Shown here: piece after piece, positions 38,762 through 51,545 of the stretch | Layout of the letters: each line of letters opens with the position of its first letter | Position numbering within the stretch: the first letter of the stretch is position 1 | NCBI GenBank assembly: GCA_973895155.1 | Contig: OZ316898.1 | Coordinates: 4,761,079-4,825,078, forward strand | Length of the DNA: 64,000 bases | Reading direction: 5' to 3' | Source: Marsupella aquatica | Lineage: Eukaryota; Plantae; Marchantiophyta | Position numbers and translations under genes: made by a program | The notes under the pieces: model-generated | Told to the model about the DNA's origin: nothing | Seen by the model: only the letters and a program-made list of their open reading frames with translations | Database searches by the model: none

Positions 38762-41700
38762 TCAATTGCTTCCAAATGTGGGCCTCAGAACAATGATATT
38801 CAACCATCTGTACACCCGATTTATGACATTTGCTGCGGCAGAACTTGCTGCAGTTAGTGCAGCTTCTCGTCTTAGATTAAGGGAACGACCATTGTCAAAC
38901 AACCGGCGCACAAATTCACACAACTCGCTCTCTCCACCCACCTGCAGAATATGACTCAGAATCAGCTCTCACAGTCGAATCCAATCACTGATTACTACAA
39001 AACTTGCAACAATTCTACGGAACGGTGAAACATTCTAAAAATGCAATAAGCAAGAGGTCATGAAAGAAAGGATCTAAATTGTGGGGGACTGGGAGGAGAA
39101 CCTGTTCAATTGATAAGGGCGAATGTCTTTGCATTTCTGCAATCATTTCTTGGAAGTGCCCCACATAACGACCTGAACATTACGATTTCATAAGACGAGA
39201 AAACGAAGACAGTACTACACAACGTACAAGCCTCTCCGAGGTCACCAGAGTGATGTAGTCCACTGAACTGAACGGAAGGCAACATCGCCGTTCGCAGAGT
39301 GTTGATTTCAATGACGATATCTATTTTAACACATTACGGCGTCTACAAGTATTACGTACAAGGAAAAACTCGTAAAAATCACACAATTGATACATTGATT
39401 AAAGAAATGGTGACTTAAACCTGCAATTATCTACCTGTAACAACAGCACAACCAACCGATGCCGGCTCTGCAATGTTATGCCCCTGCAGATTTTCAAAGA
39501 GAGATCCACCAACAAATACCAATGATACTAAGTGATAGAACATCGATAGTTCACCTGCAAAAATCCAACCAGTAAAAATGTCACAAGACACGAAAAACTG
39601 GACCATATTGCTATTGCAAACAAATGTGAGCTTCAAGTAGCTAGATTATCACTTAGGCAACTATGTCTGAGCTTTAAAATTATTACTCATGAAGATAGCA
39701 TACCTAAAGTGTCTGCTATGTAAATTTCTGTTTTCATTGTAAGAGGCTCATTCTCAGAACGCTGCGGTGCCTCCCAATTATAATCATATTTTATAAACTG
39801 CACATGTGCACGGAGAGATGTCAGTGAGAAAGTCCAGCACTCCTTCACTTCATTAATCAGGCAATGACAAGGCCAAAAGTCAGGGGCTAAATATTCCCTG
39901 GAGGAACAGAAGGGAGTAAAGTCTACAAACGACAACCAATGTCCAGACTCTAGAAAAAATATCTGTTACGTACAGACTTTATACTATGTCCTCGATGAGG
40001 ATGTCGTGGGACAATGATCGTCAGCAAGTTTGGAAACATGCTCTGCAATTTCTTGTGGATAGACACCACCACTGCAACAGCAATTAAACCCAAAAGCAGG
40101 CTAATATCAGTTTGATGATTAGTCCAAACAACAGGGAGAGCCTAACAGCATAAAATATTATTGCACTGGTAGACCATCTGTATTACCAACCAAAACCGTC
40201 GTCATAAATTGAGAATCATCGATATTTATAACTCAGACATTGCTACATATGGAAATTGCTCAACACTTAGGTCTGCTCAGGCTGTATGATACCTTCTTCC
40301 TCCCCAGGGTGAGTAGAAGCTGCGAGCCAAACGCGTCGACCTAGCAGCTGCCTCCGCAATTCATGATACACTGGTCCATTAATAGACGCAAAATCCATCG
40401 CTCCTGAAGCTGTATAAACATGTCCATCAATTTGATTTTAGCAAAAACTACAAATGCAATAGACACGATGGGGAGTACTTTTATCAATCAAGGACTTGGA
40501 ATGTCTTCATCAGGTAGTATTGGTTCATTAGACGCACAAACAGAGACAAGATGTGCAACTTGAAAGAGTAAAACGGAATTGACTGGCGCAATCCCTAGAG
40601 AATGAGAATCTGAGACGTCAAGAACATAGGACAAATAATCTGCGGCAGTCCAAGGAGAATCAAGACAATTGTCCTCGGATAGTTGTGGAGCCATAGCATG
40701 GGAACTCACCATATTTAAGATTTCCAGCAAACTGTATCTGATGTGGAAGCGCACCCAGCTCTTGATAGCGCATGGCTTCTTTGTTGTTCTGCTCATGAAA
40801 ACACAGGAGTGAGGAAAATTCAACCTTATCATGCAAGTATGGCAAAATCCAATGCTTTCTGCAAATGTTCCTCAAGATGAAGGATCTTGAATTACCACGG
40901 GGATTATAAGAGAGAATTTGGAGATAATCTCTGCGGCCAAATCTTTTGCAGGTGATAGTGACCAGCGCCACAGTGATTTCGGGGATATTCGTGCATTTAA
41001 CAGGGCCAAACGGATCTGGAACATTAGAAATTCCAATTTTCAGTATCAAAAGTATATTTTCACCTAGAAATTTAATGCCATCATGACTAAGCTCTAGAAA
41101 ACGAAAACCCCACAGTGGCATGGTATTGGCAACCTGAATTATGATTTGTTTATATCATCAAAGATATACAGAAGAAAAGAATGAATCACTAACCCCTTTC
41201 TTCGATGATTCAAGGATAAGATTGGGCCATAACTCACTCTCCATGAAAACAGCAGCTTGTGGCTCCCAGAACGACAGAAATCTTTCCACAGCAGAAGGAG
41301 TATCCACCGGGGCAAACTGTGTCATCACCCAAATAACGCACCATGAATAGTAAGCGCTACACCAAACGTAACGAGAATCCGTAGAAAAGGGGATATAATG
41401 AACAAGAGCGGGATTAGTATTGGGCAGTGAAGATGTTTCTGACAGCTATTTACAGTTAGATCATTGCTGTTAGGTACAAACACGGTAACTCAGCAGATTC
41501 TCCGCAAACTTCAGAAAAATGTCAATGAAGTTCATGAAGTTGTAATTGCTATCGCATGCCCTAGAACCCTACACTAGCAAACTTATGAGTGAATCGATCT
41601 GGCAATGATAACTACTTTCGACGCTACTATTTCAATGCTTCTTGGCGCACAGACACACAGAGCATAAGGTGGAGGAAAGATAGAGCACGGAGACCTCTTA

Positions 41701-43113
41701 ATTAGCTTTAGTCAGGACATCGGACCATATCAACGAACAATTCCATTAAAAAAGTTTCCGAAACATAAATGATGAACGGCATAAGATGGCAGGAACGTAA
41801 ATTCAGAACGTTCTGAGCTAGCAGGATGGAGATATGTGCTTCTCCAAAATCACCAACGGCACAGGTGAGAAAGTAGAGCAAAACTTTACTGACGACAAGA
41901 CAATCGGTGCCAAATTTAGGACAAGCCTTACCTGGCAGATCACCCCCCGAGGAAGAGTCTGTTGAAGAAGTGAACTGCACTGAGGCGAATAAGGCCAAGT
42001 GTTAAAGTCAAGTTATTAATATTAGAAACAAGCCTGGGAGGCAATTGAGGCAACTGTAGAAACCTGACTTGCGGGAATACGGCCATGACAAATGAATCAG
42101 GATAGCAATCAACGATGAGATGACAACCCTTGACGATTGTCAGAATTAGTTTAGTGATGACTTACAAGGCTGTAACCGTTGAAGTAGTCATCAAAATGTG
42201 TACATTAGGTCGAGTTTGCAGACACCTTTTTATCACTGGGAGCGCCTCCATTCCCTCACCTGTTAGTACCACCCACCATTGTACACAAATTAGTCTGTGG
42301 ACATTCCAGCATCTTATCATAGAAGGAAGATGGTCAACAGACACATTGTCATGTTTTACTTACTGATGAATTTCACTCGTACTGTTTGTTGATCAGTGGT
42401 TAGTTTTTCTTCAACTTTCCTTTTTCGTGCTTGTATTTACTTCTGGAGGCGTTTTTTGCTCTCTCATCAAGATTTCCTACAACAAGAGACCAAAGGCCTG
42501 TACGCTTTCTACATCGCAATGTAGAGAAACACGTTTCCTCACGCCCTGATTTTGTGTGCAATCAAACTGAACAAGACGAGATCAGTGCTTCTTGTGCGAA
42601 GTCTCATCCCCATACCCCAATCACATTCCAAAATTTGGTATGGTTCAAGACCTGGACTTCCGGTACAAAGTTACCATATTCTGGATTATCCGAAGTCCTC
42701 TCCAGATAGCCCCAAGGCCCACTGGGATTGTGAACGGTAATTACCTTATTCAATCGTTCATCCATTCGTTCAATACTTTCGCTATTTTCAGCTTCATCAC
42801 ACTATGGTTTGTCACTCATATGGGCAACAAGGAGCATTCGGAAGAAGGAGCGTCAACTTTGAGCATACAGAGTTAATTTGTGCTCCATGTGAGGTATGCA
42901 GAGACTAAAAATTGCACAAGGAGACGAACCTACGGATACGGCGTGGAACCAGAGGAGAGGCCCTCTTGGTCTATCGAACGATGGATGCCCACACCGTTCC
43001 GGTCCGTGCTTCGCAAGCTCAAGTCCGCGCATCTTGCGTTTCCGAAGATGCAGCATCGCCACAGGTCCCAGCGCTGCAGTTATCCATGAATAGAAGGTTG
43101 CTGCCTTCGACAT
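38762..43113 (-). CDS. KDTA: 3-deoxy-D-manno-octulosonic acid (Kdo) transferase, WaaA/KdtA family (GT30), 440 aa
   Basis: 12 exons: 43113-42930, 42259-42166, 41974-41932, 41316-41194, 41015-40896, 40788-40710, 40409-40293, 40071-39974, 39797-39704, 39554-39435, 39172-39102, 38941-38762 (1323 nt). Motifs WFHAVSVGE, FAPVDTP, MESELWPNL, NAR, GNLKY, ASTHPGEE, IVPRHP, DTLGEL, VGGSL, GHNIAEPA. Confidence 0.96.
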
Positions 43114-44160
43114 CTTTCCTACTTCCCTCTTTTTCTTCCTCCCCTGCCAATTTGAACTTCAAAGGAAGTCCTCTATTCATCTAAAACAGTGAAACGATAT
43201 CAACTGCTTCATGAGGAATATACAACCATCACTGCAAAGCTTCCGCCAGGGATCAACCGAAAATCGGATCATCATTCATCCTTCACCCTTTGAGGAGAAG
43301 CAAAATGCACATCAGACAAGCGAAGAATTTTTTTGGAAATGCGTCCAGCAGCCAGCATGAAAATGTACTCCGAGAAGCTCTCAATCTTCCCCTCTTAAGA
43401 GTGCTCCTGCATCTTTACTGCTTTCCGTAGAACATTCGGAGTAGCAATGGCCAAATCATCAATTGCAACAGTCAGATGGCTCTTCCTGTCCGTGTTTTCT
43501 TCGTGTGCGGAGGGTTTGTCGTAAACCCTTCGGCCTCGAGGAGGAGCGAGCTTTGGGCGTCCCTCGATAACATGCGTGCGACCCCTGGAGATGGCGGGAC
43601 CTCTGTCTCCGTCCAGCCCGGCCCCCAAAGTTGGCGCCACCGCTAATTAAGGTTAGGGTGGCACTTCAGAGCTGGCGCCATCACGAACAGTATGGGAAAC
43701 ATATTGTTTCCGTAAAAGCAATGCTTTGTGTATTGTAGCGCCAAAAATAAATAAATCTGGGATTTATCATAGTAGATTATCACTCTTTTTGGCTTAATCT
43801 TAGGGTGTTTTTTTATTCTATTTATCACATTGTTTTTGTTTGTAGGTCAATATAATTCACCCGGGTTAGTTCATTCACATCCAACGGCTATCATTGCAAT
43901 TAATGTTGTTGATTGGACAACTGGGGTCTTCCCCAAGGTGAATTTGACCACGTAGCAGGACCAAAGCAGAAGCTATGCCCAGGGACAGGCTAGCCCTTGA
44001 CAAAAGTTGTGTGTGGAATGGGAGGATAAGACCAGTGAGAGGCCCCTCAGTCAATTAACCCAAGGGTGGTGAAAGTCACTTTGAAGAAGACCCAGGCCAT
44101 TTGATTTCAAAAATTGGGTGAGATGACAGTCATTGGATGTGAAGGGGCTAACCAGGGTGA

Positions 44161-44298
44161 ATTTTCTTCATGTAGGTTTGCATTGTGAACTCTGTATAAA
44201 TGCTTCAAAGCAAAGGACGGATCTTTGTTATTTTCTTCATGTAGGTTTGCATTGTGAACTCTGTATAAATGCTTCAAAGCAAAGGACGGATCTTTGTT
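44161..44298. repeat. Perfect 69-bp tandem duplication
   Basis: ATTTTCTTCATGTAGG...GGATCTTTGTT at 44161-44229 and 44230-44298. Confidence 0.95.
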
Positions 44299-45389
44299 TT
44301 CTGAGTCTTCTGGCTCCAGTCAGTTCTGTGAGCTTTTGTTGTTAGAACATATTCAGTAACCCACATTCTAAATACATATCAGAATCTAAAGTTATACACC
44401 CTAAACAAAAGAGCTAGGGGGACTCGAAACTGTTAATCTGTTAACTCGAAACTTCTTATCGCGAATCCTATCTACAGCAGTTAGCAGAGGTTTGTGGAGA
44501 ATGAATTTACCCAGGAATGCTTCAAACAAGAGAGGCCTTGCGATTAACGCGTGACAAGTAGAGAAATTTTCTGCACATTTTTACACCGAATGATGGAAGC
44601 AAATTGTGTTTCAGGTTGCAAGATATTCCAAGTAAAATGAGGTGCTCGTGCTTAATGTTGAAAGCACGTCAAAAAAGCGAAGTTCAGCTACAGTAGTTGA
44701 CTCGGTTCATGCTTGAGGTTCGTTCTGATAGTTGATTGAACAAGTTTGTGAATTTCACGTGATAAATCAATCCCCGGAATTGGGATCCCCGGCCGGCGAA
44801 CAATCATCAGATTCGTCATTGCGAACAAGCGAACCCTGTGTCTGCTGTAGACTTCCTGCCCTAAACCCAAAGCAGCTCTCAAAAAATCAAAGATGCCAGA
44901 AGAAATTACAAGAAAGCATATCTAGCGAGGGTAAGGTACAGTAGAGGATTCAAGCAAAGCCCCCTTCCATAACATAAGGAGGAGACACATCCTCATCTAC
45001 AAAATTGCGACATTGAGTGAAACGAGCTTCACATATTCTGGTGGTGTCGCTGTAAGGGTTGACTTGAGACAGTTCAGGGTTCACTATTTTCATCCAAGAA
45101 TGGGTGCTTGTCGAGACTAAGAAGCTTGTAGAACAGACTGCAGACTATCGTCTACTAGAATCTAACCTTGACGGAACAGTATGAATGAGGAGTGATAGGA
45201 TGTACATTCGGCAAAGAAAATCTAGAGTGAGCTACGGTCTACTAGCACCTTTCGAGCTGACAATGCCTGATTCTACCTGAGACTGCCCAATAGAATCAGC
45301 AGGGACCTTATTTGTCCTAAAAATTGACAAAAGGACTAAAATATTCCTTTGGCCTGATCCGTAATGTGGATTTACCACAACATGCCTGC

Positions 45390-46772
45390 TCAAAGCTCAA
45401 TAGAACATACGAAAGGATCTCTAATATCAAGAGTAAGAGAACAAACTGCTTTCTCCCACTCAATCTCTTTCCTCTCGCTTCCAAACCCTTTGCTCTGAAG
45501 AAGAGCATCCCCAGTTGCAAAACTCTCCAAGTCCCTGGTGTACCAATACGCAGACAATAGTAGCTCGCCGTTTGCAACTAATATTGACATCGGCTTGATT
45601 TCAACAGAGGCCAACTCTTCTATCGAAGCAAACGAATTTGAATGCAGACTTGTCCATACATTTCGATCAATATCGTGAACATCAATGCCATCACAAGTTA
45701 TCCGGTGAAGCTTCCCTTGAGCCATGAAAACTAGGGTTGAGCTTGTGGGAATCACAAAAGGTTCGACCAAGTCCCACTCATCGTCCATTGGACGATATAT
45801 CTCCAAGAACGCTGCATCATATACGGGTTCACCAGGTATTGTGCCGAGCTCCAGAATTGGATGTTCATACCCGTCGAGGAAAAGTGGATCGTAAAACATT
45901 CCGCCGTATACGACTAACTGCTCTCCAACTGTTGCAACCTGATGCCCAAATCGCCATGAGATCATGGGCGTTACTGGCGACCATGCGTCTTTGTGAGGAT
46001 CGTAAACTTCGGACCCGTAGACAGGATAGCCACTTAACGTCCCCCCGAAAACATAAATTTTTCCATCTATGACACCACAAGCAAATTCATGCCGTTCCTC
46101 TTGCATGCTGGCACACTGTTTCCACTCACTCTGTCCCGCCAAATCCAATACATATACTTCTGTACTGGCAGCGAAAAGACAGTTTTTCTTCAATACATCT
46201 CGCACAGCACCAACAGCATAAATTTTACTACCCAATGAAATCCAACGACCACGACCACGTCCGGGCCAAAGATTGACACCTGGGATCGGCGGAAGTTGAT
46301 AACAAGAGTGATCTCTCGTGGAGAAGAGCTCAGCAGTAATTTCGCTATCCCATGAAGGTCTATGATGAAGTACAAGTAGTGTCTCTGTTGAGTGAGAGTG
46401 GACTCTCGCATCATGGACTTGGTGACTTTCAATAGCTTGCTTCCAGCCCCGACTTACTAACGCCAAGATGTGAAGCACTCTCCATGACAACTTTGGAGCA
46501 ATCTTGTCAAAGGTAATCTCGTTGGGAAGCCCCGGAAGGAGTTGCTCATTCAGTTCCTCAAATCTGGATCTCTTGTTGGTCTTTCTTTCTACGGCCACTC
46601 TCTGCACTCCAGACGACTCTCCTCCTGTCCTGTCGTTCGGCAAGCCTACTGTCTCCGTGTTCTGTCCCGGATCTTCTCCAATCCTGTTCTGGCTAATCTC
46701 AATTCCATGCCGAAAAGTCTCACGAGAAACTTTATCTCCGTATCGCCAAAACGATCTGTTCGGCTCTGCCAT
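45390..46772 (-). CDS. F-box/kelch-repeat protein, intronless, 460 aa
   Basis: Uninterrupted ATG-initiated ORF. F-box-like LLPGLPNEITFDKIAPKL..VSRGWK; kelch motifs MQEERHEFACGVIDGKIYVFGG, SEVYDPHKDAW and RFGHQVATVGEQLVVYGG. Confidence 0.92.
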   Translation of the reverse strand: MAEPNRSFWRYGDKVSRETFRHGIEISQNRIGEDPGQNTETVGLPNDRTGGESSGVQRVAVERKTNKRSRFEELNEQLLPGLPNEITFDKIAPKLSWRVLHILALVSRGWKQAIESHQVHDARVHSHSTETLLVLHHRPSWDSEITAELFSTRDHSCYQLPPIPGVNLWPGRGRGRWISLGSKIYAVGAVRDVLKKNCLFAASTEVYVLDLAGQSEWKQCASMQEERHEFACGVIDGKIYVFGGTLSGYPVYGSEVYDPHKDAWSPVTPMISWRFGHQVATVGEQLVVYGGMFYDPLFLDGYEHPILELGTIPGEPVYDAAFLEIYRPMDDEWDLVEPFVIPTSSTLVFMAQGKLHRITCDGIDVHDIDRNVWTSLHSNSFASIEELASVEIKPMSILVANGELLLSAYWYTRDLESFATGDALLQSKGFGSERKEIEWEKAVCSLTLDIRDPFVCSIEL

Positions 46773-47488
46773 CTCTCGTCTACACGCTTTAATTGTATCT
46801 TTCCTCGCAACTGTGATCAGATGGAACGGGGATTAAGATAGTGGGAGATTGAGATAGTCGTGAACAGGAAACTCCCGCGATTCAGAGTCCTTATCTGCGT
46901 CAAAAATCGCCACATCAACGCAGAGGTCGATCTCGTGAATTACCAGGACAGCGCCAGGAGATGCCAGACAATCCCAGAGCGAGGCGATCCAAACGGGACA
47001 TACTCGAAGAGCAGTGTTTGTAGTTTAGCCATGAATCGCGTTCTTCAGAACAACAGAGCGACCAAATTCCCTCTTGAAACTACACGCCATTCGAGGATTC
47101 AACATGACTGTAAACGATCCAGATAGCAGAATTCCTGTGCCTGATTGGAGGGCAAATCCGATTCAAGCGGAGTAGAGGAATTAGGAACGCGATTCGTGAC
47201 CGTGGTCAACTGTGGGCAGGGCGATGGAGCCCGATTGCTCGAAGGTCTGGGAATCGCTGACTGCGAAATGGGATAAAAGATGCTATATACTTGTAGAGTA
47301 GACACGCACGCACAGACAAGGATGACAACCTCCACAGCACTCCAGCATCTTAGGGTCATGACCCTACTACGCCTCAAATCTACATCATTCTAGTCATAAC
47401 CCTAGCAGAACAAACCAAGACAAGGTACTCCCTAAATGACAGGTGACAGGAACAAATGTGTGTGCTGAACCAGGTGACAATAACCAAT

Positions 47489-47932
47489 AGGGTCTCAAAG
47501 CCTCGCCCTAAGAAGATAAGGCACTCCTCCATAACTCAAGTATTATGGAAAGTCCTTTAAAAGTTATGGGAGTTCATCTTTAGCTAAGGAAAGCCTGTGA
47601 GATCAAGACTTAGCCCGTGGGTGTCTCACAACTTTAGGCAGAAATTTGTAAATCGGGAAATCTAGGACTCTGGAACCCTAGGAAGCCGTGCAACTTAAGG
47701 CACCCGGGCTTTGCGCTTGACGGGGTGATGGTTGTTACATTTGAAATTGCAACTTATCGAGAATGACGGAAAAATGAGATATTTAATTTATGAAACAAAG
47801 GTGAGACCTTAACTCTTTCCTAATTGGGTAAACCCCACATTTTAAAATTCCTTAACTAGGTTCCATAACCGGGGTTACAGGATGGACCACAATTCCATAA
47901 CTTTCAGTAACGACCCAACTTTGAGACGCCCT
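47489..47932. mobile_element. MITE with AGGG...CCCT ends, lying between two ~100-bp direct repeats
   Basis: aat AGGGTCTCAAAG ... CTTTGAGACGCCCT att. The sequence at 47387-47485 is repeated at 47933-48045 and followed by another TIR start, AGGGTGTCTCAAG, at 48048. Confidence 0.7.
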
Positions 47933-48612
47933 ATTCTAGTCATAACCTTAGAAGAACAAACCAAGACAAGGTACTCTGCAAACCAAGTGACAAGAACAAA
48001 TGTGTGTCCTGGTTTCTGGTTTACAGTAAACCAGGTGACAAGGAACTAGGGTGTCTCAAGGTTTATGTATAGGGCAATGGAGGTCTGGTATATATGGAGT
48101 TACTAGCCTATAATCCTCTAACAAGAAAGTGTAAAAAACCTGACCCATGACAGTTGGGAAGGTTTTTTGAGCTTTCTTGGAGGAGGGTTTAGGCTGGTAG
48201 CCCCAGACCTGACCTCCTTGAAGTACATAATTTTTGCAAGGAAAATATTACTTCCTGACAACAGATTATGTGAATTTCAGGTGCCTCCGGAAATGGTCAC
48301 ATGCAGGTAACCTACATACCATACAAAATTTATGTTCCTTTATGGCAAATGCAAAGGCAATAACACATACTTATGACACAAACCAAGAATCTCTTTCTGT
48401 GAACTCCAATAGTGAGGTCATAAGTAGGTGTTTATTAAACGTACAGCGGAAATAAATATAAAAGTGCGGTAACATATGGTGTGCATATGCACATAAAAAT
48501 GCACTTGCATACAATGTGTCCCATGATAAATGGCATGTACCCACAAGTTGGATAGATTTCCATACCATGAGAAACCCATGCAGTATGATATTTGGTTGTC
48601 GCATTTTGATGT

Positions 48613-48744
48613 GACAAGATGCCCACCCTCAACGTGGTATTGTGAACCACCATGACTCTGGGATATGTGAAATGTGGACAAGGGCCAAAGGCACTAGAGC
48701 TACATCAAACAATGCTACAGGAAGGGGTAAAGCCAGATCCTGTT
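48613..48744 (+). pseudogene. PLS-class PPR gene fragment
   Basis: Translates as DKMPTLNVVL*TTMTLGYVKCGQGPKALELHQTMLQEGVKPDPV, one PPR motif with a TGA stop at the conserved Trp position. Confidence 0.85.
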
Positions 48745-49060
48745 TGTATGTGACCAGGTTGCTGCTACTGTAGCTGGTACAGTGAATGGTGGTTGGTGAT
48801 TGAATAGATAAAGAGGGAGGATTGGAGTGAGTGGTTTGTCATGTGGCGTAAAGCCCAAGCACATGACACACCTATTTCTTTACTCAGGGTATGTTGTTCT
48901 GGAGTTTGTGATCAATGCAGACAAGCTGTGGCTCATGGGGTTGGGCCTTGGGTTGGGCTTGTGCACCAATATTATTGAATTTTGACATCATTCAGGCTAA
49001 GATGGGAGAACAGGCAGGTAGTCAATTGTGGAAGTAGTGTATTTATGTTGACCACATATG

Positions 49061-49427
49061 TGTTGAGCATAGACGACGATCGCAACGGCAAGCCCATGAA
49101 CCATCCAACGCACAATAGTCGACACAAGAGATACGTGGTTCACCTCCTTGAGGTTACGTCCACGGGAACACACAAGAGAGCTTTACTGAACTCTAAGCCC
49201 GTCGGCTATACCGAGTCTCCACAGTGTAAGCTCTCCCTATCTCTCAAGTGGCTCCATAACAATGAGCCTTGGTTCTACCTCTCCAAGCACACATGCCTCT
49301 TATGATATAGTGTGCAACTTAGTTGTACCTAACCACATAGTTGTACCTAATCACATAGTTGTATCAACCCACGTTGTTGTACCAACCACGTCATACCTAA
49401 CCTAGACGTAAGAGTAAATACCCAACA
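49061..49427. mobile_element. Solo LTR, probably Ty1/copia type
   Basis: Starts TGTTGAG and ends CCCAACA (TG...CA inverted termini). Flanks ATATG/GTATG match 4/5 as a TSD. Contains GACACAAGAGATACGTGGTTC..TACGTCCACGG and an internal 18-bp repeat (AGTTGTACCTAACCACAT) about 4 times. No internal coding domain. Confidence 0.85.
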
Positions 49428-50143
49428 GTATGCATGTCTCAGGTTTATTTGCCTCTTAGGGGAGGGCGATGCCTAGACTTGGTGCAAAGTTGAGAGTGAA
49501 ATGTTAGCGTCGGAGGTTGTTGAATGCATGGGGCAGCTGTCAAACTGATCTGGCATTGTGTTTTGTCGTATTGAGTTTCACTATTGATAATTCTTCCAGA
49601 ACAAGTTGTGAATTTCAGGTGATGAATAAACCCCTAGACTTAGGTCACGGGGGAGTCGGTTGTACAATCATCAGATCCATAATTGCCAACACAGAAATAG
49701 TATGTAGATTTCCTGTCCTAGACCCAAACAGCTCTAAAAAAATCAAAGACGCCAAAAGAAATTATAAAGAAGGCTATTAGTGAGGGTGAGGTGTACCATA
49801 GTACCATAACATAAGGAGGAGGCACCAGACTTGGTGTCATTATGATAACTAGAAAAGTCAAAGGTGATCATCCAACACAAGAAATCCTTTACTCTAGAAG
49901 TAACTTACTAGGCATTGACAAATTCTTAAGGTACTCCAAACAGTGTTTTGTCACAAAGCCTTCTCTAGTAAAGCATCATGAAGCAATGCATACTCGTGAC
50001 TTCAATACCACTCACTCTAAGAAAAAATGTCACATGCTTATCTACAAAAGTGAGCGGGCCCAGAGCGAAGAGTGTTTGACATGTTCTTTTGCTGTAAGGC
50101 TTGACTTGAGACAATTCAGGGTTCATTATTGTCATCCAAGAAT

Positions 50144-50295
50144 AGGGCATGTCAAAGCAGGGCCTAATATATAAAACTGTTGTATGGCCCGGTCAAAAAT
50201 GCTACGGGCTACCTTAATACGTGCTCCATACGGATGGTACGTCCAAAAAATTTCAGCCATACAACTTAGCTTATGACAGTGCTTTGACATACCCT
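50144..50295. mobile_element. 152-bp MITE with 16-bp TIRs and an AAT target-site duplication
   Basis: AGGGCATGTCAAAGCA ... TGCTTTGACATACCCT (15/16), flanked AAT/AAT. The paralogous empty site CATCCAAGAATGGGTGC is at 45091-45107. Confidence 0.93.
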
Positions 50296-50808
50296 AATGG
50301 ATGCTTCTCGAGACTAAGAAGCTCTTAGAAGAACAGATTATATACTAACGACTCCTAGAATCTAACCTTGATGGAACAATGTTCATTGCCACCATAGATT
50401 TGCTTTGGGTGAACTGCACTAGATAAGTTGAGTTCTTTGCTTTTGGGGGAGGGAGGGGCGGGGGATTGGACAATGTCACACCATTGTGGATATGGGCCTA
50501 ACTTAAATTGGATTCCTCTAGATGATCAAGTTGCCATTTGTTTGCTTCAACCTAGATATTTTGTTAGTACCAAAGAGGCAAAATTAGAACATCCACAAGA
50601 GTAGGTCATATTGTTGAGTGAAAGTCTAGGGTAAGAGTTCTTGTCTTGTTAGCATTCATTCCTCTCTTACTGGTGAGATTATTATCATTTACCTAGACTC
50701 ATTAGTGTTGTCATGTATCACCATGCATCGGGCTATACACTCCTTACTTAGTGTTATTATGTCAAAATACTTAGCCATTTTCTCATAAAGCGTCATGAAG
50801 CAATACTC

Positions 50809-51111
50809 GCACTGAAGCATATGCTCGATTAGGAGCACTTGACGAGGGCAGCCACATTCATAAGCAGATCGTTTGCACACGGTTGTGAATCTGATGTTCA
50901 TGTGACTAGTAGCCTAGTTCACATGTACACCAAATGAGGAAGCATAAAGGATTCTCGGAAGGTCTTCATCAAGATGGCCATAGGAAGTGTTGAAACCTGG
51001 AATGCAATGACACATGGATATGTGGAATGTGGACAAGGGTACAAGACAGTGAACCTTTTTGGATAGATGCAATTGATATGGGTGGAGCCAGATAGTGTCA
51101 CCTTTCTGAAT
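50809..51111 (+). pseudogene. PLS-class PPR gene fragment (L-S-P motifs)
   Basis: Translates with frameshifts and stops as ALK/AYARLGALDEGSHIHKQIV/HGCESDVHVTSSLVHMYTK*GSIKDSRKVFIKMAIGSVETWNAMTHGYVECGQGYKTVNLFG*MQLIWVEPDSVTFLN. Confidence 0.88.
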
Positions 51112-51487
51112 GGAACAGATTTGTGTACGAGTTGTAGGGTTTAGTAACACTCCTAAGACCTATAAGAAGCTTCTTTGTTGTGAAGAATTCCTGCAAAAGA
51201 ATAGGGCCATTAAAATATAAATACAAGTAATGAGTAAATTCAATGCCATATGCCCCACAGACACTTGGTGTTTTTATGAAAAAATTAAAAAATCTGATAA
51301 ACTTTCTTTCCACCTGCCAAGCCATAAATAATTAAAGTCAGATCATTTCATGGTCCCATTTCCTTCTTCAGAAGAAGAAAAGAGAGGGCCAGCAAAAGTA
51401 AGAGATAACAAAAAAGCGCAGAGCAAGGCAGAAAGATGGTAAAGGGCCTGTACACCACTCCTTTCTGACTTCGTTCATCTTTTTACA

Positions 51488-51545
51488 ATTTTTTTCTTGA
51501 AAGGAGCACTTTACCTCAGTGAAAGTAAAACCCATTAAATCATTT
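51488..51545 (-). mobile_element. Extremely 5'-truncated LINE 3' end (~50 bp plus poly(A))
   Basis: TTTTTTTCTTGAAAGGAGCACTTTACCTCAGTGAAAGTAAAACCCATTAAATCAT aligns with 33296-33350. Confidence 0.75.
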
